Shown: in pieces, positions 57,116-64,000 of the stretch | Position numbering within the stretch: the stretch's first letter is position 1 | Layout of the letters: the number at the start of each line of letters is the position of its first letter | Assembly: GCA_963663165.1 (NCBI GenBank) | Contig: OY760175.1 | Location: forward strand, 320,001-384,000 | Direction of reading: 5' to 3' | DNA length: 64,000 bases | Origin: an uncultured Desulfospira sp. | GTDB lineage: Bacteria > Desulfobacterota > Desulfobacteria > Desulfobacterales > Desulfobacteraceae | The notes under the pieces: generated by a model | Databases searched by the model: none | Told to the model about the DNA's origin: nothing | What the model saw: only the letters and a program-made list of their open reading frames with translations | Program-made: the position numbers and the translations under genes

Positions 57116-58559
57116 AAAGACAGGGTTTCCGGGCCGCCGTGACCTCATCAAGTCGGGTCACTTTGGGAACAACCGGGGCCTTGTGCAGCAGGTCCGGGTT
57201 TTCTTTGGCCTCTGCGGCAATGGCCTTTACCGCTTCAATAAACTGGTCTAAGTCCTGCTTGGACTCGGTTTCCGTAGGCTCCACCATAAAGGCCGCATCC
57301 ACCACCAGGGGAAAATAGACCGTGGGGGGATGAAACCCGTAATCGAGCAGCCGCTTGGCCATGTCCATGGTGGTAATATGGTGTTCGCGCTGATGTTTGT
57401 CGTTAAACACGCATTCGTGCATGCAGGGCCGGTCATAGGGCAGGTTCAACGTATCTTTTAAACTCTCCTTGACATAATTGGCATTCAGGACCGCCAGCCG
57501 GGAGGCTTGTTTAAGCCCGTCGCCGCCCATGGACAGGATATAGGCATAGGCCTTGACCATGACGCCGAAATGGCCGTAAAAGGTGTGCATCCGGCCAATG
57601 GAATCCGGGCAGTCCGAGACCAGTTTATAGGTGTCCAGCTCTCGTTCCACCCGGGGAACCGGCAGAAAGGGGATCAAATCCTGCCGGACCGCCACGGGCC
57701 CGGCCCCGGGGCCGCCGCCGCCGTGGGGCGTGGAAAAGGTCTTGTGCAGGTTGTAGTGCAGCACGTCAATGCCAAGCTCTCCGGGCCTGACCATGCCCAT
57801 GACCGCATTCATATTGGCCCCGTCCCCGTACACCAGGCCGCCCTTGGCATGGACAATATCGCACACGGCCTTGATGTTTTCTTCAAACAACCCCAAGGTG
57901 TTGGGGTTGGTGATCATGATGCCGGCCGTATCCTCGTCCATGAGCGCTGCCACGGTATCTGGCTCTAGCATTCCCTTTGCCCCGGACTTGATATTAACGG
58001 ACTGGTATCCGCACAGGCTGGCGCTGGCCGGGTTGGTGCCGTGGGCCGTATCCGGCACAAGGATTTTGGACCGCTGGTTCTTGTTTTTGGCGTGAAAGGC
58101 ATGGATGATGAGCATGCCGGTGAGTTCCCCGTGGGCCCCGGCCGCCGGCTGAAGGGTCACCCCGGGAAGGCCGGCAATTTCAGCTAAGGCCTTTTCCAGG
58201 TGAAACATCAGTTTTAAAGACCCTTGAGAGAAGGATTCCCCGGCCAGGGGATGGGCTGCGGCAAACCCTTTGCGGGCCGCCTGGACCTCATTGGTCTTGG
58301 GATTGTATTTCATGGTGCAGGACCCCAAGGGGTACATCCCTGAATCCACACCGAAATTCCATTGGGACAACCTTGTAAAATGGCGGACCACATCCAGTTC
58401 AGACAGCTCGGGCAGGGCCGGGGCATCCCCGGTCAGGTCGGGCCCTAAGGGGCTGCGGTCCACATCCAGCCTGGGCAAGGACACCGCGCATCGTCCCTGA
58501 CGGCTTTTGTCCCAGACATTGGGTTCGTTAAAAATCAGACCGCTGGTTCCGGGTGTCAT
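57108..58559 (-). CDS. gcvPB: Glycine dehydrogenase subunit 2
   Basis: YPLGSCTMKYNP, NLHKTFSTPHGGGGPG. Confidence 0.96.
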   Translation of the reverse strand: MTPGTSGLIFNEPNVWDKSRQGRCAVSLPRLDVDRSPLGPDLTGDAPALPELSELDVVRHFTRLSQWNFGVDSGMYPLGSCTMKYNPKTNEVQAARKGFAAAHPLAGESFSQGSLKLMFHLEKALAEIAGLPGVTLQPAAGAHGELTGMLIIHAFHAKNKNQRSKILVPDTAHGTNPASASLCGYQSVNIKSGAKGMLEPDTVAALMDEDTAGIMITNPNTLGLFEENIKAVCDIVHAKGGLVYGDGANMNAVMGMVRPGELGIDVLHYNLHKTFSTPHGGGGPGAGPVAVRQDLIPFLPVPRVERELDTYKLVSDCPDSIGRMHTFYGHFGVMVKAYAYILSMGGDGLKQASRLAVLNANYVKESLKDTLNLPYDRPCMHECVFNDKHQREHHITTMDMAKRLLDYGFHPPTVYFPLVVDAAFMVEPTETESKQDLDQFIEAVKAIAAEAKENPDLLHKAPVVPKVTRLDEVTAARKPCLCG

Positions 58560-59893
58560 GATGCCACCTCCTTTATCAGATCATCCATATCCTGTTTAGA
58601 GGCGGTTTCCGTGGCGCAGAAAAGGTAATGCCCCTTTAATTCAGGATAATAGGGTTCGAGGTTGAGCCCTGCAAAGGTGCAGGTCTTTGCCGCAAGGGCA
58701 TCTCTTCTGGCGTCAAATCCTTGAGGGGCCTTGAGGACAAATTCATTGAAAAAGGGCTTTTCAGACAGGGGGGTAAACCCGGCCCTGGCCAACCCGTTTT
58801 TCAGGTAAACGGCCCGGTCATGGTTTTGCTGGGAAATTTCGCGCATGCCGATTTTGCCCACACAGGACAGGTAAATGGCCGCGGTCATGGCGTTGAGCCC
58901 GTTGTTGGAGCAGATGTTGGAAGAGGCTTTTTCCCGCCGGATATGCTGTTCCCGGGTGGCCAGGGTCAGCACGTACCCGTCCTTGCCGTTGGCGTCGTGG
59001 GTCCGGCCGATGAGTCTGCCGGGCAGGTTTCGCATCATGGCCTTGGTCCCGGCCAGAAGGCCTAAGCCCGGGCCGCCGAAGGATTTGGGAATCCCCAGAC
59101 TCTGGCCTTCCCCGGCGGTCAGGTCGGCCCCGAAGGTGCCCGGGGCCTTGAGCAGCCCATAGGCCAGGGCCTCGGTAAAGGAGACGATATACAAGGCATT
59201 TTTTGCGTCGGCCTGCTGTTTGAAGGCGGCAAGATCTTCGATTTGCCCGAAAAAGTTGGGGGACTGGACCGCCACCCCGGCGATCCCTTCCATGGATTCA
59301 AGGGCGGCAAGATCCGTGAGCCCCTCATCGGTATACGGGATAATGGCCATTTCAAAACCGGCAGGTTTCAAATAGGTGGCCATGATCTGCCGGTGGGCCG
59401 GATGGACCAGGGCGGACACCGCAATCTTATTGGCCTTCTTGTCTTTGCGAAGGGCGATCAGGGCGCATTCGGCCAGGGCCGTGCCGCAGTCATAGTGGGA
59501 GGCCGTGGCAATATCCATTTTTAACAGTTCACAGATCATGGTCTGGAACTCGTAAATCCCCTGGAGGGTTCCCTGGCTGACCTCGGGCTGGTAAGGGGTA
59601 TAGGCCGTGGCAAATTCAGAGCGGGAAATCAGGTAAGGAACAATGGCCGGGATAAAATGATCGTAACTGCCGGCCCCGATAAAGCACTTGGTGTTCCGGC
59701 AGGCAATGTTGGCACAGGCCAGATCGTCCATATGGGCGTTAAGGTCCCACTCGCTTAAAGCGGGCCCTAAATCCAGGGGTGTCTTTGTCTTGAGATCGTC
59801 CGGGATGCCGGCAAACAGGTCGTCCAATGTGTTGCAGCCGGTTTTGGCCAGCATGGCCCGGATATCTTCCTGGGTATGAGGCAGATAACGCAT
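58556..59893 (-). CDS. gcvPA: Glycine dehydrogenase subunit 1
   Basis: TAYTPYQPEVSQG, TREQHIRREKA. Confidence 0.96.
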   Translation of the reverse strand: MRYLPHTQEDIRAMLAKTGCNTLDDLFAGIPDDLKTKTPLDLGPALSEWDLNAHMDDLACANIACRNTKCFIGAGSYDHFIPAIVPYLISRSEFATAYTPYQPEVSQGTLQGIYEFQTMICELLKMDIATASHYDCGTALAECALIALRKDKKANKIAVSALVHPAHRQIMATYLKPAGFEMAIIPYTDEGLTDLAALESMEGIAGVAVQSPNFFGQIEDLAAFKQQADAKNALYIVSFTEALAYGLLKAPGTFGADLTAGEGQSLGIPKSFGGPGLGLLAGTKAMMRNLPGRLIGRTHDANGKDGYVLTLATREQHIRREKASSNICSNNGLNAMTAAIYLSCVGKIGMREISQQNHDRAVYLKNGLARAGFTPLSEKPFFNEFVLKAPQGFDARRDALAAKTCTFAGLNLEPYYPELKGHYLFCATETASKQDMDDLIKEVAS

Positions 59894-59899
59894 GGCTTT

Positions 59900-60298
59900 T
59901 TATCCTTTCAGCATGTCAAGATAGGCGGCCCTGTCCATGAGTTGATCCATTTCAGACAGGTCGTCGGGCTTGACCTTGATAATCCATCCCCCGGCATAGG
60001 GGGCGGTGTTCACCAGTTCCGGGGCATCTTCAAGCCCCTGGTTCACTTCAATGATTTCACCGGAAACCGGGATATACATTTCAGATACCGCCTTTACCGA
60101 TTCCACAGAGCCGAATTCATCCCCTTTGGCAAAGGTATCCCCGATTTCCGGCATTTCAACAAAAACGATTTCCCCGAGCTGGTCCTGGGCATAATCGTTG
60201 ATGCCCACCAGAACCACATCGTTGTCTAATTTTGCCCATTCGTGGTCTTCGGTGTACTTGACGTCATCGGGAAGGTTAAGGTCGTTTAGTTCTTTCAT
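59900..60298 (-). CDS. gcvH: Glycine cleavage system H protein
   Basis: HEW, AQDQLG, VESVKAVS lipoyl-lysine motif. Confidence 0.97.
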   Translation of the reverse strand: MKELNDLNLPDDVKYTEDHEWAKLDNDVVLVGINDYAQDQLGEIVFVEMPEIGDTFAKGDEFGSVESVKAVSEMYIPVSGEIIEVNQGLEDAPELVNTAPYAGGWIIKVKPDDLSEMDQLMDRAAYLDMLKG

Positions 60299-60342
60299 GG
60301 CGGACTCCTTTGTTTTAGCTTTTAGCCATTAGCGGTTGGCTT

Positions 60343-61602
60343 TTATTGATTTAAAAAATTTTCCAGTTTTTTTCTGGCAGTCCGGTCGGGCCGGATATCC
60401 GTGACAATGGCGGCATCAATGGACCGTTTTCCCGATTTTAAAGTGATGCCGGCCCCCGGAACAAGGGGTTTGTTCACCATGACAAACCCGCAGGAGATCC
60501 CCTTGACGGGGGTGTCCGGGGCAAGGCCCGGGGAGGCGATACTGACCAGTTGGCCGTCCACCATGCCAAGGCCCATGTCCGTGGCGCAGGTCAGGACACT
60601 GCCCACGGGATCATCCTGTCCCTGTTCAAACACCTGGGTGTCCGGGCCTGCCGGCACTTTTTTCAAGCTGGTGCCGGCAAAGGGAAAGACATATAAGTCC
60701 GTTGGCCTGGGCAGCAGGGCGCTGCTGCCGATGAAATCCTTGGTGAACGCGGTTTTATCCCGGGTCCAGGGCAGGGCAAACTCCCAGGGGTGGTTGATGA
60801 ATTTATAGGACCCAATGTCCTGGTGGGACAGGGGCAGACAGGCCCCGGTTCTCAAAGAATCCCGGGCCCCCAGGCCGCAGGCCGTCACATCAAACCCTTT
60901 GCCCGTCTCCAGAATATCCGTCCACAGGCCCACTATGGCCTCCGGGTCAAGGAAAATTTCAAACCCGAATTCACCGGTATACCCGGACCGGGACAGGAGA
61001 ACCGGTGTGCCGTTGAGCAGTCTCACCACCGGCGCTTCAGGGGCTTCGGGATCAAAATGGCCTTTGAATGAAAAATAGGGCATGCCGGTAAATACCGTAT
61101 CCGGGGACTCAATGAGTTTGGACAGAATTCGGGCCGAGTTCACGCCCTGGATATCCATTTTGGCGACGTTCCCGGACAGGTCCCTGACCCGGCAGTCCTT
61201 GGCCGACCGGTGGCTTTCCAGGTGGTCGGCAATTGTCTTTCCCATGCCTGCATTGACACAGACCATGAACCGGGTATCGGTAAACTTATACACAATGGCA
61301 TCATCAATGGAATGGCCTTTTTCATTTAAAAAGGCGCCGTAAACGCACCGGCCCGGCTTTAATAAGTTAAGGTTCCGGGTAAAGCAGCGGTTGAGCAGGC
61401 CAAAGGCCGCGTCCCCGTCAACGCTGATACAGGCCATGTGGCTGGTATCAAAGATGCCGGCGGATTTGAGCACGCTCAGATGCTCGGTCTTTACCCCGGT
61501 TTCGTACCAGAGGGGCATGTCATACCCCCCGAAATCGGCCATGTTGGCATTGGCCTGTTGGTGCCATTGGTGAAGCGGTGTGGCGTTTAAAAGGGTGTTC
61601 AT
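60343..61602 (-). CDS. gcvT: Aminomethyltransferase (T protein)
   Basis: FGGYDMP, FDTSHM, SGYTGEFGFE, GLGARDSLR. Confidence 0.92.
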   Translation of the reverse strand: MNTLLNATPLHQWHQQANANMADFGGYDMPLWYETGVKTEHLSVLKSAGIFDTSHMACISVDGDAAFGLLNRCFTRNLNLLKPGRCVYGAFLNEKGHSIDDAIVYKFTDTRFMVCVNAGMGKTIADHLESHRSAKDCRVRDLSGNVAKMDIQGVNSARILSKLIESPDTVFTGMPYFSFKGHFDPEAPEAPVVRLLNGTPVLLSRSGYTGEFGFEIFLDPEAIVGLWTDILETGKGFDVTACGLGARDSLRTGACLPLSHQDIGSYKFINHPWEFALPWTRDKTAFTKDFIGSSALLPRPTDLYVFPFAGTSLKKVPAGPDTQVFEQGQDDPVGSVLTCATDMGLGMVDGQLVSIASPGLAPDTPVKGISCGFVMVNKPLVPGAGITLKSGKRSIDAAIVTDIRPDRTARKKLENFLNQ

Positions 61603-61619
61603 GGCATACCTCGATTTTG

Positions 61620-61717
61620 TAAGCTGTTAGCTATTAGCAGTTAGCAATTAGCTTTTAGCGGTTAGCCGGTTGATACGTTCCAAAAGCTAACAGCTGATGG
61701 CTAAAAGCTAATGGCTG
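61620..61717. repeat. TTAGC/GCTAA heptamer inverted array upstream of gcvT
   Basis: TTAGCTA TTAGCAG TTAGCAA TTAGCTT TTAGCGG TTAGCCG ... GCTAACA GCTGATG GCTAAAA GCTAATG. Confidence 0.85.
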
Positions 61718-61732
61718 CCGGCCTCCGGCCGG

Positions 61733-62176
61733 TTAAAAAATATACGGGATTTTTAAATTATATGACTTATAAACCACAAAAGTCTCCACAGAGTTAATCC
61801 CCTCAATTTTTGAAATTTCTTCGGTGTAAAATTCAAGGAGGTCAAATTCTTTGTTAAACAGGACCGTGACCATGAGATCGTACCGCCCGGTGACCACGCT
61901 CGCGGAAATAACCCCTTTGAGTTTGCTGATTTCTTTGCCCTTGTCCACCAGGTTCATGGCCGAAAGCTTGATCCCCACAATCACCACCCGGTGGCCGGGA
62001 AGGGTGGCCGGGTCCACCAGGCCGCAGATCTCGAGTACCCCTTCTTCCTGAAGCCGGTTCACCCGGGCCCTGACCGTATTTTCGGTTATCCCGAGCTTGT
62101 CGGCTATTCGTTTAAAGGACTTTTTGCCCTCGCGAAGTTCCCTGATAATATCAATATTAATGTCATCAATTTTCAT
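61733..62176 (-). CDS. Lrp/AsnC family transcriptional regulator
   Basis: HTH IADKLGITENTVRARV, VTGRYDL; start placed at MKIDD. Confidence 0.92.
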   Translation of the reverse strand: MKIDDINIDIIRELREGKKSFKRIADKLGITENTVRARVNRLQEEGVLEICGLVDPATLPGHRVVIVGIKLSAMNLVDKGKEISKLKGVISASVVTGRYDLMVTVLFNKEFDLLEFYTEEISKIEGINSVETFVVYKSYNLKIPYIF

Positions 62177-62353
62177 ATTAAGTCCCGGACTGATCCTGAT
62201 GTGAATGTTTGGAAAAGGCGCGCACCCTGTTTTTACCAAAATACTTTTAATATGGTGTTAATGTCAATTGTTTTTTAGAAAATTGGTGGAAAAATAAATT
62301 TTAGATGGAAAAATTTGTAAAAACAACTTATATTCAAATTTAATTTCGCAAAA

Positions 62354-62392
62354 AACAGCTAAAAGCTAAAGGCTAACAGCTAACAGCTAAAA
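62354..62392 (+). repeat. GCTAA heptamer array upstream of lpdA
   Basis: GCTAAAA GCTAAAG GCTAACA GCTAACA GCTAAAA directly before GGAGG. Confidence 0.85.
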
Positions 62393-62402
62393 CGGAGGAA
62401 CC

Positions 62403-63836
62403 ATGCCGGTCAAATTAGTGATCATCGGAGCCGGGCCCGGAGGCTATGTGGCGGCACTCAAAGCCGCAGACTTAGGTGCCCAGGTGGTTATAGTGGAAAA
62501 AGAAAACCTTGGGGGCACCTGCCTGAACCACGGGTGTATCCCGTCCAAGATCATGATGCACACGGCCCAGACCCTTTCCGCTTTTCAAAGGGCTTCCCAG
62601 ATCGGCATCCGGGTGGACGGACCCGTGGTCCCGGACATGGAAAGGCTCATGGCCCGCAAAAACCATATCCTGGAGACCCAGAGAAAGGGAATTGCCGCCC
62701 TGCTCAAGTCAAGGGGGATCACCGTGGAACAGGGCCTGGCCCGGCTGGTGTCCAAAGGCATGGTCCAGGTGGCCGGTGAAGACGGGTCAAGCAAAAATCT
62801 TTCCTATGACAAGCTTATTCTTGCACTGGGAACCCGGCCCTATGATGTCCCGGATTTTCCCTTTGACCATGAGAAGATCCTTTCCTCCAACGATATCCTG
62901 GCCCTGGACCGGGTGCCCGAGTCTCTGGCCATTGTGGGGGGCGGGGTGATCGGGTGTGAGTTCGCCTTTATGTTTAACGCCCTGGGCACTAAGGTTACTG
63001 TGGTGGAGGCCCTGTCCCGGCCGCTGCCGCTGCCGTCAGTGGATTCGGACATATCAAAGCTGTTAACCCGGGAAATGAAAAAGCAGAAGATCTCCCTTTT
63101 CTGCGATACCGTGGTTCAGTCTGCCGACACCTCAGGCGCCGGGGTGACCCTGTCTGTTGCCAAAAGCCCGTTTACGGACAACCCCAGGGCCAAAGACCCC
63201 AAAGTTGATCAGATTGAATCCGAACTCGCGGCGGTCTGCATCGGCCGCACCCCGCTGTCCGACGGCATGGGGCTTGAGAACATCGGGCTTAAACCCGGCA
63301 AAGGCGGCTTTATCGAGGTCAACGATGCCATGGAGACCGCCGTTGAAAATGTCTATGCCATTGGCGACATTTTGGGGCCTTCCAGGATCATGCTGGCCCA
63401 TGTGGCCTCCCATGAAGGCATGGTGGCGGCCGAATCCGCCATGGGACTGACATCAAAAATGGCCTATGACGCCGTTCCCGGGGCCATCTTTACCATGCCT
63501 GAAATCGGCACCGTGGGCTTAAGCGAAGATCAGGCCACAGCCAGGGGAATTGATGTTACCACCACCAGCGTGAACTTCAGGGTGCTGGGCAAAGCCCAGG
63601 CCATTGACGACATTGCCGGTCTGGCCAAAATGGTCATTGAAAAGGCGTCGGGAAAAATTCTGGGGGTCCACCTGATGGGGGCCCATGCCACGGATTTGAT
63701 TGCCGAAGCCACCCTGGCCGTTGAAAAAGGACTGACCGCAGCAGAACTTTCCCATACCATCCATGCCCATCCCACCTTAGGGGAGATCATGGGGGAAACG
63801 GCCTCCAAGGCGGCGGGATTTCCCATTCACGGGTGA
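62403..63836 (+). CDS. lpdA: Dihydrolipoyl dehydrogenase
   Basis: GAGPGGY, GGTCLNHGCIPSK, GGGVIG, HAHPT. Confidence 0.96.
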   Translation: MPVKLVIIGAGPGGYVAALKAADLGAQVVIVEKENLGGTCLNHGCIPSKIMMHTAQTLSAFQRASQIGIRVDGPVVPDMERLMARKNHILETQRKGIAALLKSRGITVEQGLARLVSKGMVQVAGEDGSSKNLSYDKLILALGTRPYDVPDFPFDHEKILSSNDILALDRVPESLAIVGGGVIGCEFAFMFNALGTKVTVVEALSRPLPLPSVDSDISKLLTREMKKQKISLFCDTVVQSADTSGAGVTLSVAKSPFTDNPRAKDPKVDQIESELAAVCIGRTPLSDGMGLENIGLKPGKGGFIEVNDAMETAVENVYAIGDILGPSRIMLAHVASHEGMVAAESAMGLTSKMAYDAVPGAIFTMPEIGTVGLSEDQATARGIDVTTTSVNFRVLGKAQAIDDIAGLAKMVIEKASGKILGVHLMGAHATDLIAEATLAVEKGLTAAELSHTIHAHPTLGEIMGETASKAAGFPIHG

Positions 63837-63909
63837 AAAGACAACCGGGTAACCGGCATTTATAATCCGGCATGATTTTGGGGCCTCGTTGGTAGATTAA
63901 ATGTATAGA

Positions 63910-63944
63910 ATTGGGACTTGGGATATGGGATATGGGACTTGGGT
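63910..63944 (+). repeat. TGGGA-type heptamer array
   Basis: TGGGACT TGGGATA TGGGATA TGGGACT TGGG. Confidence 0.75.
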
Positions 63945-64000
63945 AGGTAAGGGTTTTTCGAATTTATAAAGCAAACACGTAATGATTTCCGATCGCCTTG

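Overview
Bacterial chromosomal window, probably from a sulfate-reducing Desulfobacteraceae member (inferred from gene content and repeat style). Left arm (1-7.9 kb): housekeeping block MFS-DUF711-ACT-rpe-PASTA-rsmB-fmt-def-ribF, followed by tRNA-Leu(CAG). A patchwork accessory region follows (~8-43 kb). It contains an integrase N-terminal remnant, a PEP-CTERM gene broken by nested MITEs, a 7TM-DISM hybrid kinase, an MCP, a cytoplasmic Mo/W-bisPGD oxidoreductase with an Fe-S partner, a MITE-disrupted CPA2 antiporter, sigma54-driven cytidylate-kinase-like/cysC, and an AAA_14-DUF4143 ATPase behind a perfect 29-bp palindrome. It also holds a TonB-receptor/Nik-like ABC/DUF4198/methyltransferase metal-uptake operon with a structured leader, a DASS transporter, pepF and a decayed DUF4160/DUF2442 pair. 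Right arm: dapB, a MurU-AmgK fusion, plsB, rnhA, namZ, hisC, cmk, lipAB, the glycine cleavage cluster, Lrp and lpdA. The most unusual signal is non-coding. There are three distinct small mobile or structured repeat families: a 145-bp TIR MITE with TANNTA targets, an IS66-like MITE, and a 90-bp TIR-less repeat with covarying hairpins. There are also many 7-nt tandem arrays, with GCTAANN arrays sitting on the coding strand directly before start codons. All calls are by eye; no searches were run.
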